DNA of 64,000 nt. Origin: Parcubacteria group bacterium. Its GTDB lineage: Bacteria > Patescibacteriota > Minisyncoccia > Moranbacterales > UBA11712. This document shows positions 39,886 to 49,416 of this stretch, piece after piece. A program made the translations under genes and the position numbers. Under the pieces are notes generated by a model that worked only from the letters and a program-made list of their open reading frames with translations, was not told the DNA's origin and made no database searches. Positions within the stretch are counted from its first letter, which is position 1, and each line of letters opens with the position of its first letter. The stretch lies in the NCBI GenBank assembly GCA_041659685.1, contig JBAZXV010000003.1, positions 66,040 through 130,039 of the forward strand, given 5' to 3'.

Positions 39886-40422
39886 CTAAAGAAAATTCAA
39901 ATAATCCAGCCCGAGGTATCCCACCTCAACGTCCGTCATCCGGCCGCTCCGAAGGAGACTGCGAAATTCTTCAAGTGAAAACAACACGGGTTCGGTTATT
40001 TCCGAGGAAGTATTCTGCGGCTCTGCCACTTTTTCGCAATTAACAGCCACAAAACAATATCTTCGCATGGTCGAATAGGCGCAATCCAAAGCCTCCCCAA
40101 TGAATTTTATTTCGCCTTTGTATCCGGTTTCTTCCAGAAGCTCCCTTTCCGCGACCCGCTCAGGCGTTTCTCCTTCTTCCGCTCTCCCGCCCGGAAGCTC
40201 AAGAAGAATTTCATCGGGTCCGGGACGGAACTGCCTGGCCAGAACCACCTTATTGTTTTTGGTCAGCGCCAAAATACAGACGGCCGACCCTTCTTCCTTG
40301 ATATAGAAATCGCTCTCTTCTCCTCCCGGAAGTTCAAACATGACTTTTTCGACTTTCCTGCCATATTTTTGAAATACAATTTCGCGGGATAATTCTTTCC
40401 ATTTTGTCACTTTGTCATTCAT
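39886..40422 (-). CDS. NUDIX hydrolase (ADP-ribose pyrophosphatase-like)
   Basis: RQFRP, ELPGG.....E.....AERELLEETGY. Confidence 0.92.
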   Translation of the reverse strand: MNDKVTKWKELSREIVFQKYGRKVEKVMFELPGGEESDFYIKEEGSAVCILALTKNNKVVLARQFRPGPDEILLELPGGRAEEGETPERVAERELLEETGYKGEIKFIGEALDCAYSTMRRYCFVAVNCEKVAEPQNTSSEITEPVLFSLEEFRSLLRSGRMTDVEVGYLGLDYLNFL

Positions 40423-40520
40423 AAGATCAACTATTATTTTTTTGCTTATCATAAACTCCGCCATCGAAATCCGCCCCGGGAGAACGAACAAGACAGAAAA
40501 TTATTTTCCGGCGGGAAAAA

Positions 40521-41324
40521 TCAACCAGCCGAATGGATAATCCTTTGCAATTCCCGATGAAGCTTTGGCGCGCCACAGCAGAAAGTGAATTTTTCATCCG
40601 CCCTTTCCATGTGATTTGAATAATCCGTCGGCTTTCCCCAAAAATCGGTATAAATTCCGCCTGCTTCCTCCACAATAATTTGCTGGGCGACGCTGTCCCA
40701 AATTTTTCCGGGCTGATTAAGGCAGGCTCCGAATTTTCCGTTCGCTACCAGCATCACGTCATAAACGCTGTTTGTAATGCGGAGATTTCTGATGCCAAGA
40801 ATTATCTCTCCCATGATTTTGACTTCTTCTCTCGTCTTTTCGGGATGCTCTGCGTTTCCGTCAATTTGATAAACGACAAGGGAAGAAAGCAATCTCTCCT
40901 CGGAAGACACTTTTATCGGCATTCCGTTGCAAAAAGCGCCTTTCCCTTTTTCCGCGAGATATAATTCATCAAAGGATGGCAGTGAAACACCGCCGGAGAA
41001 AGGCTGGTTGTCCTTGATGAGCCCGAGCATAACGCCGTATGTCACCACACCGCTTGCGAAATTGCTTGTTCCGTCGATGGGATCAACGACCCAGGTAAAA
41101 TTAGAATTATTATTTATGACTCCGGCTTCCTCGTCGATAATATTGTGCCCGGGGTAAACCTCTTTTATTTTTCCGATAAGACACTCGCTGATTTTAAGGT
41201 CTGTTTCCGTGAGAACTTGATTGTTGTCCTCGGGCTTAATCCGGCCGGCCACTTTTCCGAATCCATTAAGGGCTATTTTCGAAGCTTCTTCCAGCGACTC
41301 TTTGATAAAATCTTGAAATTCCAT
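40521..41324 (-). CDS. Inositol monophosphatase family protein
   Basis: TETD, EE, WVVDPIDGTSNF, WD. Confidence 0.92.
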   Translation of the reverse strand: MEFQDFIKESLEEASKIALNGFGKVAGRIKPEDNNQVLTETDLKISECLIGKIKEVYPGHNIIDEEAGVINNNSNFTWVVDPIDGTSNFASGVVTYGVMLGLIKDNQPFSGGVSLPSFDELYLAEKGKGAFCNGMPIKVSSEERLLSSLVVYQIDGNAEHPEKTREEVKIMGEIILGIRNLRITNSVYDVMLVANGKFGACLNQPGKIWDSVAQQIIVEEAGGIYTDFWGKPTDYSNHMERADEKFTFCCGAPKLHRELQRIIHSAG

Positions 41325-41385
41325 AATGTTATGTAAAAATTTATTTACTTTCCAGCTCGCCAAACCTGCCTGAATTTTTTCGGGT

Positions 41386-41757
41386 TCAGGCTTTTCTTTT
41401 GCATCCCTTACTGCCGCACTTGCACTTAAAATCAAATTGCCCGCTCTTTCCGTAGTCAGTTGTTATCTCTTCCCCCTTTCTTATGTCTCTCGCGGCAATA
41501 TCGCTGCCTCCTTTTGCAAGGGTATTTGCTTCGCAGGAATGATTAACGAATTTTTCGGGAGACTGCATCAGATAATACTTATTATTTCCTGCCCGATAAA
41601 CATAATTTTCCTGATCTTTTCCCAGCTTTTCCATCTCGGATTTCTTAAGAACCCGGGGGTTCCACCTCAAAACTGTTTCGCCCTTTCTGAAATCTCTTGA
41701 GGCAAACACCCCTTTCTTGTCGATCTTAGATTTTCTGATAGTGATGCTTTTATTCAT
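41386..41757 (-). CDS. SET-domain protein with post-SET zinc motif
   Basis: GVFA...F.KGE, FVNHSCEAN, RDIRKGEEIT.DY, CKCGSKGC. Confidence 0.92.
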   Translation of the reverse strand: MNKSITIRKSKIDKKGVFASRDFRKGETVLRWNPRVLKKSEMEKLGKDQENYVYRAGNNKYYLMQSPEKFVNHSCEANTLAKGGSDIAARDIRKGEEITTDYGKSGQFDFKCKCGSKGCKRKA

Positions 41758-41824
41758 TTCCTTGAATTATTCTTCCTCCCTGAAAATCGCGAAGGAAGAA
41801 ACGTTTGCGCGGCAAATAACTTGT

Positions 41825-42391
41825 TCAAAAAAATATCAGCTTGTCCGCAGCCTCTTTCACGTTTTTATTCCAGTCATGCCCGGCTTCAACCTCAATGAGC
41901 CGGATATTTTTTCTTTTAATTATCTTAGCAGACTCTTCGTCGCAAAAAAACCGGTCGTTTTTTCCCCTTAAGACTATCAGATTCCCTTTGGGAATTTTTT
42001 CCATCTCCGCCAGGACATCAATTTTAAGCAGTTTCCAAATTTTCCCAAATCCGGAAATCCAGTTTCTGACGGGCACTATTCTTATCCATTCAATCCTTTC
42101 CTCAAGCAGAAAGCGCATCCAGCGAAAAATGAGATCCAATATATTTCTCTTTTTAATCAGCGGATTAAATAATATGAATTTGCTTTCGGGGTTGCCTTCG
42201 AAATAGGAAAGCGCCGAACTTGCGCCGATGCTGTGTCCGATAAAATAATCGGCCTTCGCTTCGGTGCCAAGGCAGTTTTCCCGGAGCCAACTGTCCGGGC
42301 CATCGTATCCGCCGTAATTTCTCACAAACTGAAAGCCCCCTGGAAAAAGAAGAGTCTTTTTGTCTAAATTATTTTTGTCCACAAATATCAA
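41825..42391 (-). CDS. Alpha/beta-hydrolase-like protein
   Basis: GHSIG nucleophile elbow, G.ND, GHDW. Confidence 0.75.
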   Translation of the reverse strand: MIFVDKNNLDKKTLLFPGGFQFVRNYGGYDGPDSWLRENCLGTEAKADYFIGHSIGASSALSYFEGNPESKFILFNPLIKKRNILDLIFRWMRFLLEERIEWIRIVPVRNWISGFGKIWKLLKIDVLAEMEKIPKGNLIVLRGKNDRFFCDEESAKIIKRKNIRLIEVEAGHDWNKNVKEAADKLIFF

Positions 42392-42616
42392 GGTGTTTTA
42401 ATAATATTATTCTTTGTTATTTTCCAAGTCAAAACCTTAGAAATTATTTACCAGTCAGAAACCAGATAAACTTTTCCGCATTTTCATCTAAAATTAGAAA
42501 ATTCTTACTTCGTAAATAATCGTTTCGAGTGCGGTATCGGTTTCCTTCGTCTCATATCCTGCCTCAAAAAACGGAATGGCAGTCCTGGGATCGGACAGGC
42601 AAGCCATACCTAAATA

Positions 42617-43096
42617 TTAATTTTCCTTGGCAAAACAATTGAAGAGCTTGATATAATTTTCAAGAAGAAAGCGAAGCTCCTCTTTGGTTTTTGGATTCGC
42701 CTGCTCCAGCGATGACAGGCTGTAGTCATTAGGATCAAGCGGCGGAAATAAAACTTCAGCCGCCTTCCAAAACTCCGGATCATTAACCAGATCTTCGAGG
42801 GTATTTATCAAATCCGGCATAACTTCCCGGGGAATTGGCAGAAGTGGCAGATCTTTTTTTTCGAAATAGGCGTCCATGACATATCCCATATTTTCGAGCA
42901 ATTTGAAAAGCTTTTTGTTTAATCCATCCGGAATCACCGCCCCGTTTCTCTCCATCCGCTCCAAGAGATCTTTTATATGAAAACATACCTCAATCGGATC
43001 CTTATGGAAGCGATCATTTATTGTCCTTGGATCGCGCATTTCTGATTTTTTTGTAAGATCAGAAAATATTTGCGGCTCCTTGTCTATTTTTGGCAT
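42617..43096 (-). CDS. Hypothetical protein
   Basis: 159-aa ORF, predicted helical; no motif recognised. Confidence 0.55.
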   Translation of the reverse strand: MPKIDKEPQIFSDLTKKSEMRDPRTINDRFHKDPIEVCFHIKDLLERMERNGAVIPDGLNKKLFKLLENMGYVMDAYFEKKDLPLLPIPREVMPDLINTLEDLVNDPEFWKAAEVLFPPLDPNDYSLSSLEQANPKTKEELRFLLENYIKLFNCFAKEN

Positions 43097-43173
43097 TGCT
43101 TTCTTATTAAAAAATGCACCTGTCCCCGCCGAAACCCGCTGAAATTAAATCTTCGGCCGCCGGAAATCAGCCG

Positions 43174-43839
43174 CTAAAGAAGGTTGACCTTTAATTTCTT
43201 AACAAACCTGTGCATATTAACGTCAAAATTATTTATCGGCATCGAGAGTATGCTGTCAAAACTTAGCCATCGGTATCCGCTAAATTCTCTCACGAATTCT
43301 TCGCTTTTGTCATTTATCTTTTTTTTCGAATCGCCTTCAAACACGTACCATAAATCCACGTCCGTATGCCCCGCAGTCAGCCCGACCGTTTCGATTTGAG
43401 AGACAAATGCGGGAACATCCGGATTATCAAACATCGGTTTTGGCTCAACTCCGAGTTCTTCAACGAGTTCCCGTTTCGCGGTATCAAAAGGCAATTCGTT
43501 TTTTTCAAGATGTCCGCCGCTGGGAAGAAGCAGTAATGCTTTCCGGTGATTAAGAAGCAGGATTTCATTTTCCTTCGGATCGACCAGCACGGAAAAACTG
43601 ACCAGATGCTTCGGGGGAACATCAGGGCTTTTTATCTTGAAAATTTCCGCACCGCTGGAAATCCAATCCAGCGCATCGCTTATATGCCCGCTCTCGATTT
43701 GATCGAATGGATCCACCCGCCCGATCAAGCCCGTAATTTTTTTTCTTATCTCTGGCATTGCGCTTATCAGCATTCCAGTATTCCCTCCTTTCCCCCTTGG
43801 AAGAAAGAACCCGGAAATGTTATTTGTTAACTTTTCCAT
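43174..43839 (-). CDS. NUDIX hydrolase
   Basis: PPKHLVS, H.KA...LP.GGH.E..E......REL.EELG, GHTDV.LWY. The start may be internal (MPEIRK). Confidence 0.9.
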   Translation of the reverse strand: MEKLTNNISGFFLPRGKGGNTGMLISAMPEIRKKITGLIGRVDPFDQIESGHISDALDWISSGAEIFKIKSPDVPPKHLVSFSVLVDPKENEILLLNHRKALLLLPSGGHLEKNELPFDTAKRELVEELGVEPKPMFDNPDVPAFVSQIETVGLTAGHTDVDLWYVFEGDSKKKINDKSEEFVREFSGYRWLSFDSILSMPINNFDVNMHRFVKKLKVNLL

Positions 43840-43862
43840 TGACCGGCAAATAATTTCCGCCG

Positions 43863-44064
43863 CTAAAATATAAAAATCGGAAATATAACTGTGGATATTA
43901 TAAGCCCAGGAGCAGCTTCAGCGCCAAACCTTAAAATCCCTGCATCGATTGAAGAGTCACTAACAGGCAAATTCAATAAATTTGCTCTCACCATCTTGTT
44001 TTCCTAATTCAGCATATGAAACAGCAACTTTATTTTCATATTTTTCGCCAAATTTTTCCGACAT
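43863..44064 (-). pseudogene. Internally deleted SAM-methyltransferase remnant
   Basis: ATG at 44064 gives MSEKFGEKYENKVAVSYAELGKQD. A second frame reads VRANLLNLPVSDSSIDAGILRF, resembling class I MTase motif II. Confidence 0.45.
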
Positions 44065-44112
44065 ATATCTTAAATTATTCCCGCCGAAACCCACGGGGGC
44101 TAATTAGCTGGG

Positions 44113-44763
44113 TTATTTCGTGCATATAAACCCTGATTCGGTTCCTATATTGGACTTGAATTTTATGAAAAAGAAATATGCCAAAGTCAGATACGTCCAA
44201 TTTTTCACTGTCTTGAATCCATTTTTTTCCAGAAGTTTCAACAAATTTTTGCGCGGAAAAAGACTGATATGATGTTCTTTCCCGTCTGCATAACTGAAAA
44301 ATTTTTTTCTCAAAAAATTGAGGTTCGGGCTGTTAATATAGCATATGCCTCCCTTTTTCAACACCTTAAAGATATTTCCCAAAGCCTTTTCCGGGTATTC
44401 CAGGTGTTCCAGGAGGTCGTTGCATAAGATGATATCAAAGTTTTTTTCGGGAAACGGCAGTTCGTTTTCCGCATTTACTACAATCAATTTCGCCTCCGGC
44501 AGTCTTTTCCCCGCCTCTTTGATTGCGTATTCCGAAACGTCGACTCCGAACTTCTCGAATGAATCAGGAAACCTTTTCAGCATCAAGCCGAAAGCGCACC
44601 CAACGTCTAGCGCTTTTCCTTTTCCAATTTTTTCAATAAAGGGCTTGAGCGGCTTGAAAAGATTATCGAAATAGAATCTGGCAAAATTCCCGTAGCCCAG
44701 CTTATAGAAGAATGAATTCCGCCCGTCGAAATAATCTTTGTTGTATATTTTCCGATAATCCAT
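44113..44763 (-). CDS. Class I SAM-dependent methyltransferase
   Basis: ALDVGCAFG, GVDVS, LPF....FD, LEHL, LKKGG. Confidence 0.93.
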   Translation of the reverse strand: MDYRKIYNKDYFDGRNSFFYKLGYGNFARFYFDNLFKPLKPFIEKIGKGKALDVGCAFGLMLKRFPDSFEKFGVDVSEYAIKEAGKRLPEAKLIVVNAENELPFPEKNFDIILCNDLLEHLEYPEKALGNIFKVLKKGGICYINSPNLNFLRKKFFSYADGKEHHISLFPRKNLLKLLEKNGFKTVKNWTYLTLAYFFFIKFKSNIGTESGFICTK

Positions 44764-44806
44764 GGTCTATTTATCTTACCCCCGCCGAAATCCGCGGGAG
44801 ATATAA

Positions 44807-45373
44807 TTATCGAGTTTTCAAGATGATGAATTCAGTTTCGGGAATTGTGTATGTTTTGAGATTTTCCATATGGTTTTTGAGTCTTTCAACGTTTTTCTTG
44901 TCGCTTTTGTAATGAGCATAAATTTTTATCGGCAAAATACCAAAACCGGATTCTATTTTTTTTGTGTCAATTGAATAAAAATACTTTGACAAAAGATCCG
45001 CTCCGGCTGATGACCCGGCAATCGTTTTTCCGGAAAAAAGTCTCGGGAGGTTATTCTTTGTCTTCCTCAATTTTCTTTGGAGAAGCCAGTCTTTGCCGCC
45101 CCGGATATAAACTGATTTCACACCTGACAATTGTTTTTTGAAAATATCTGGATTATCTGATGCCAAAATCAACTCGAATGATTTCTTCCCCGCAATCCTC
45201 TTGAATTTTTCTTTGTCTTCTTTGAACATTCCCGGCCAGCGATATTTATATTTCGCGAAATACACAACAAGAATTTGACCATTCTTTGCCGCAAAAAGCA
45301 TCTTTCTGACAAAGTTTCTGTTGTGAATCGAAGGTTTCCTTGTTTCCCCGCCGTGGAGAATGTATGTGGTCAT
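44807..45373 (-). CDS. Peptidase E (S51)/class I glutamine-amidotransferase-like protein
   Basis: ILHGG, YIRGG, AGSSAGA, G.GILP...AHY. Confidence 0.85.
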   Translation of the reverse strand: MTTYILHGGETRKPSIHNRNFVRKMLFAAKNGQILVVYFAKYKYRWPGMFKEDKEKFKRIAGKKSFELILASDNPDIFKKQLSGVKSVYIRGGKDWLLQRKLRKTKNNLPRLFSGKTIAGSSAGADLLSKYFYSIDTKKIESGFGILPIKIYAHYKSDKKNVERLKNHMENLKTYTIPETEFIILKTR

Positions 45374-45461
45374 TTTTTTTGATTATTCTCCCCCGCCGGA
45401 ATCCGCAGAGGAAGCTAATAATATTTTCCCCTATCCTATCCCAAAACAGCTGTTTTATCAA

Positions 45462-45495
45462 GAAAAAAGAGCGGGGCGATCGCTCGCTCCGCTCT
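45462..45495 (-). terminator. Intrinsic terminator
   Basis: AGAGCGG.GCGA/TCGC.CCGCTCT stem followed on the minus strand by a T tract. Confidence 0.75.
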
Positions 45496-45520
45496 GTTTC
45501 CGAATATAATCCAATAAGAC

Positions 45521-46054
45521 TTATGGATTGACAACAGACCAAACACCGCCGAAATTTTGTCCATTGGTGTCGCCGGCTTTTTTGTCCTGGCTGTAAAAAT
45601 ACAACGGAGATCCGTTATATGTAACTTGCATTGTGCCATCCGGCCGGGTGATTTTGGCGACTGTTCCCGCAACGCCCGAATTTACTTTGAACGCATCTGA
45701 CGGCGAGACAGCATAGGGAGGCCAAATTACAGCGCACTGTCCTGTGCAATTGCTTACTCCGGGCGTGTCACTCGCAAATTTATACAATGTCATCCCGTTT
45801 TCCCCGACAAGATACGTGCCGAGACTTGGGTTTGATGCCGTACTGAGGACAAATGAGTTGCTTTGCAGCGGATCCTGCGGCATATTTTGGTTTTTCGGCA
45901 AATTGGCATCCTGACCCGGATTATTTCCGGACATGCCCTGGTCCGGAACCGGAATAGGAGCATAGGCGCTCCTTGAAGGTTTTTGTGGAAACGCATAAAA
46001 GACTCCGGCGGCCAAAATTATTGCGATGGCAATGACTAATATCGTTTTTCTCAT
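45521..46054 (-). CDS. Secreted repeat protein, COG4315/Lipoprotein_15 family
   Basis: GMTLY.F..D....SNC...CA..WPP, R.DG..QVTYNG.PLY.Y..D...GD..GQ...GVW. Confidence 0.92.
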   Translation of the reverse strand: MRKTILVIAIAIILAAGVFYAFPQKPSRSAYAPIPVPDQGMSGNNPGQDANLPKNQNMPQDPLQSNSFVLSTASNPSLGTYLVGENGMTLYKFASDTPGVSNCTGQCAVIWPPYAVSPSDAFKVNSGVAGTVAKITRPDGTMQVTYNGSPLYFYSQDKKAGDTNGQNFGGVWSVVNP

Positions 46055-46186
46055 TATTTTTAAATTAAAAATCAGGCCTTAACACCTATTACAAAAAACT
46101 TCTCCCCAAATTTCAAATGGAAGAAGCTGTTTGCTCCGCTGCGGAGCAAATTATTTTCGGCCAAAATCCATGAAAAGCAAGACGGA

Positions 46187-46765
46187 TTATTCCGCAATTT
46201 GATTTGTGATATCCTTGAGTTCTTTTTCTATTAATCTCCAGATCCTATCAATGCTTTTGTTCCCTAGTTTTTCAAGGGCGGCATTCGGATAGCTTAGCAT
46301 ATGTTCCCCGATTTCTTCTTTGCACCAATATTCCGGACCCGAATTAAGATGCTGGATTTGAGTTTCTATCTTGTCGAGCGCCTTAGCCAATTTCGCTTCC
46401 GCCGTTTTCCCCTCCTCAAATTCAATAATCAAATCAAGATATTCCTGATTCCGGGGCGCCGGCAACAGATCAAAGACCTCCCTGGCATTTTCAATTTCCT
46501 TTTCATAGTGATGGCTTTTTTTCTCAAATCCCGGCACATCCCCGTCGATAACCTCGGGAATATCGTGAATCGCCATCATTTTGACCATCTTGAGAGAATC
46601 TATTTCTTCGATTTTCAACAGGTCTTTTATGAGAAAAAAGAAAATAATCATGCGCCAGCTATGCTCAGCCACGCTTTCCTGCCGGCCAGTTACCGTCCAA
46701 TTATGGCGCAGAGTATATTTCAGCTTCTCAACGACATTCATAAATCTGATAATTTTTTCTTCCAT
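46187..46765 (-). CDS. HD-domain hydrolase (HD_3/YfbR-like)
   Basis: LKYTLR, ESVAEHSWR, IHDIPE...GD, EAK.AKALDK.E. Confidence 0.92.
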   Translation of the reverse strand: MEEKIIRFMNVVEKLKYTLRHNWTVTGRQESVAEHSWRMIIFFFLIKDLLKIEEIDSLKMVKMMAIHDIPEVIDGDVPGFEKKSHHYEKEIENAREVFDLLPAPRNQEYLDLIIEFEEGKTAEAKLAKALDKIETQIQHLNSGPEYWCKEEIGEHMLSYPNAALEKLGNKSIDRIWRLIEKELKDITNQIAE

Positions 46766-46790
46766 GATATTTGATTTATCCTTCCTAACA

Positions 46791-46970
46791 TTAAATGTTA
46801 GGAAAATACTCACATTCCGCAAGCGCACCCGCCGTCTTGTCGCAGAAGTCGCAACTATCATCCTTATCAACGGCGGTCGAATAGCTGATTTGCAAAGCCT
46901 TAACAGCGCCGGAAAGAAGCCATCTTCTCCAAAAGCGCAGATCCTTGACCTTGTAAAGATTCGGCATCAT
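46791..46970 (-). CDS. Small Cys-containing hypothetical protein
   Basis: Perfect TAAGGAGG SD; CDFC...C. Confidence 0.5.
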   Translation of the reverse strand: MMPNLYKVKDLRFWRRWLLSGAVKALQISYSTAVDKDDSCDFCDKTAGALAECEYFPNI

Positions 46971-47104
46971 TACCTCCTTAATAACCTGTTCCTTTATTAA
47001 AATCAAAACGCTAAGTGTTGCTTAGCGATGCGTAAAGATAACATTCAAAATGCCGGCAGTCAAGGGAACAAACTCTTTAAGATTATTTCCGATTCCACTC
47101 CCCG

Positions 47105-49381
47105 TTACTTCCGATAAATCCTCAAACTGTTCGCCACCACCGAAACGGAGCTTGCCGCCATGGCTCCCGCGGCGATAATCGGATTAAGAAGCCCTGCCAT
47201 GGCCAGTGGAATAGCGACGATGTTATAGCCGAAAGCCCAAAAAAGATTTTGCCTGATTGTCCTGAAAGTAAGTTTGGATACGGAAATCGCTTCGGGAACT
47301 TTTTTGAGATTGTTTTGCACCAGAATTATCTGCCCCGCTTCTTTTGCGATATCCTGAGCCGAACCCATCGCAATTCCGAGATCCGCCTGCACAAGGCTTG
47401 GCGCGTCATTGATGCCATCGCCCACAAAAACGACTTTTTCCCCCTTTTGCTGGAGTTTTTTCACTTCCGCCGCCTTATCCTGCGGCAGAACTTCCGCGAG
47501 AACATTTTTAATCCCCAGTTCTTTCGCGATATGTTGCGCTACTTTTTGATTATCCCCCGTAATCATTGCCATTTTAAGTCCCATTTCCCGGAACATTTTA
47601 ATAACTTCTTTTGTTTCGTTCCGCAATTCGTCGGCAATGACAATCGCACCCAGCGCATCATTTCCGTGAACGACAAACAGCTTTGTTCCGGATTTGTATT
47701 CATCCGAATCCAGAATCTTTTGAGCCCAGTCCGTGCTGATATTTTTGTCTTTCAAAAGCTGGATGTTTCCCAGAAGAAGCTGCGTTTGATGCTCCCGGCA
47801 AACCGCGGAAATTCCTCTGCCTCTTTCCTCCTTAATATTTTCCACTTCCGCAAATTCAATATTTTTTCTCCGCGCATAATTTGCGACGGCCTTTGATAAA
47901 GGATGTTCCGAATGCCTTGCAAGGCTTCCGGCAATCTTCATAATCTTTTCTTCCGCAATTTTTGATTTGTTGTTCCTGATTATTGATAATATTTCCGGCC
48001 TTCCTTTTGTGAGGGTCCCTGTTTTATCGAAAACGACCATAGAGATGTCTTTTGCCCGCTCAAAACTTTCCCCGCTTTTGAAAAGGATGCCGCTTTTTGC
48101 CCCTCTTCCGGTCCCCACCATAATGGCCGCCGGAGTCGCCAGACCCAAAGCACAGGGACAGGCAATTACCAGAACCGCCACGGCGTTGATCATTGCCAAA
48201 GTGAAATCACCGCGCAAAAAATACCAGCCGGCGAAAGTCAGAATGGCAAGAAATATCACTGTCGGCACGAAAATCTCCGCGATCTTGTCCGCTAATTTTT
48301 GAATCGGAGCTTTCGAACCCTGCGCTTCCTCCACGGTCCTGATAATCTGCGCAAGCACCGTCTCTTCTCCCACCTTCGTCACTTTTATTATGAGGACTCC
48401 GTCTTGGTTTATCGTCGCGCCAAAAACCGGAGAATTCTTTTTCTTTTCAACCGGCAAGGATTCGCCCGTGAGCATCGACTCATCAACGTTTGATTCCCCT
48501 TCCGCCACAATTCCGTCCAGGGGAATCTTTTCCCCCGGCAAGACGCGCAAACTGTCTCCCGTCTTCACTTCATCAATGTTTATTTCTTCCTCCCGATTGC
48601 TTCCCCGGATCACGCGCGCCTTTTTCACTCCGAGCTCAAGGAGTTTGCGCATCGCTTCGCCCGCCTGTCCGGTGCTTTTGGCTTCGAAATATTTTCCGAG
48701 AAGTATGAGCGTGATGATGATCGCCGCAGTTTCGAAATAAGCTTCTTTTCCGAAAAACACGGCCCAAAGACTATAAAAATAGGCGGCTAGCGTTCCAAGT
48801 GACACCAGCGTGTCCATATTCGCCCGAAATTTTTTGGCCTGGAAAAACGCCATGCGATGAAATCGGAAACCGAACCAAAAAACAACAACTGTTGCGAGCG
48901 CGAGATGCAGCCACATTACGAGATCGATTCCCAAAAGCAGTTTTCCCGACCTAAGTTTCACAAACATCTCAATAAGCAGGGGGAAGCTGAAAACAGCCGA
49001 CCAGAAAAAAGCTTGCAGTTTTTCTTTAGTATCCCAGCTCTCATGGCGGTGATCGCCGTCCGTATGCATTAAGGCCTGGCCCTGAGGAATTCCGGCGGCT
49101 TGTTCGCCGGAAGGGAAAGATTGAACTTTGAAATTTGAGTGGATATCATCATGCTTCGGAATGCCCGATTCTTCCACTATGTAGCCGTTGTCTATAACAA
49201 CCTGTTTCACATGCTCCTCCGTCAAAGCATCAGCGTCGTATTCAATATAGGCTTTTTTAGACGCAAAATTAACGGTCGCATCCAAAATCCCTTTTGTCTT
49301 CAAAAGTTCCTTTTCGTTCGACACGGCGCAGCTTGCGCAGGACATGCCTGAGATGGCTATTATAAGTTTCCTTTTCTGCAT
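47105..49381 (-). CDS. copA: Cu(I)-translocating P1B-type ATPase
   Basis: GMSCASC HMA domain, [35 protein letters not shown]...IP, MAASS. Confidence 0.95.
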   Translation of the reverse strand: MQKRKLIIAISGMSCASCAVSNEKELLKTKGILDATVNFASKKAYIEYDADALTEEHVKQVVIDNGYIVEESGIPKHDDIHSNFKVQSFPSGEQAAGIPQGQALMHTDGDHRHESWDTKEKLQAFFWSAVFSFPLLIEMFVKLRSGKLLLGIDLVMWLHLALATVVVFWFGFRFHRMAFFQAKKFRANMDTLVSLGTLAAYFYSLWAVFFGKEAYFETAAIIITLILLGKYFEAKSTGQAGEAMRKLLELGVKKARVIRGSNREEEINIDEVKTGDSLRVLPGEKIPLDGIVAEGESNVDESMLTGESLPVEKKKNSPVFGATINQDGVLIIKVTKVGEETVLAQIIRTVEEAQGSKAPIQKLADKIAEIFVPTVIFLAILTFAGWYFLRGDFTLAMINAVAVLVIACPCALGLATPAAIMVGTGRGAKSGILFKSGESFERAKDISMVVFDKTGTLTKGRPEILSIIRNNKSKIAEEKIMKIAGSLARHSEHPLSKAVANYARRKNIEFAEVENIKEERGRGISAVCREHQTQLLLGNIQLLKDKNISTDWAQKILDSDEYKSGTKLFVVHGNDALGAIVIADELRNETKEVIKMFREMGLKMAMITGDNQKVAQHIAKELGIKNVLAEVLPQDKAAEVKKLQQKGEKVVFVGDGINDAPSLVQADLGIAMGSAQDIAKEAGQIILVQNNLKKVPEAISVSKLTFRTIRQNLFWAFGYNIVAIPLAMAGLLNPIIAAGAMAASSVSVVANSLRIYRK

Positions 49382-49416
49382 ATATAATATAGTTTTTTTC
49401 CCCCGGCTATTCACAT

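Larger units (their letters stand above)
43124..45411 (-). repeat. Recurrent intergenic hairpin with conserved GGRTTYCG loop (clear copies 43124-43139, 44079-44099, 44779-44800, 45390-45411)
   Basis: The plus strand reads CCCGCCGRAAYCCRC in four spacers of this segment (only a degenerate copy at ~43848). Further degenerate copies at 40456-40482, 41770-41800 and 46154-46176. Confidence 0.8.

Noticed and set aside
43124-45411. CRISPR array or canonical attC sites
   Set aside because: The repeats are separated by whole genes (0.6-1 kb), are degenerate and lack RYYYAAC/GTTRRRY cores; no cas or intI gene is in the window.
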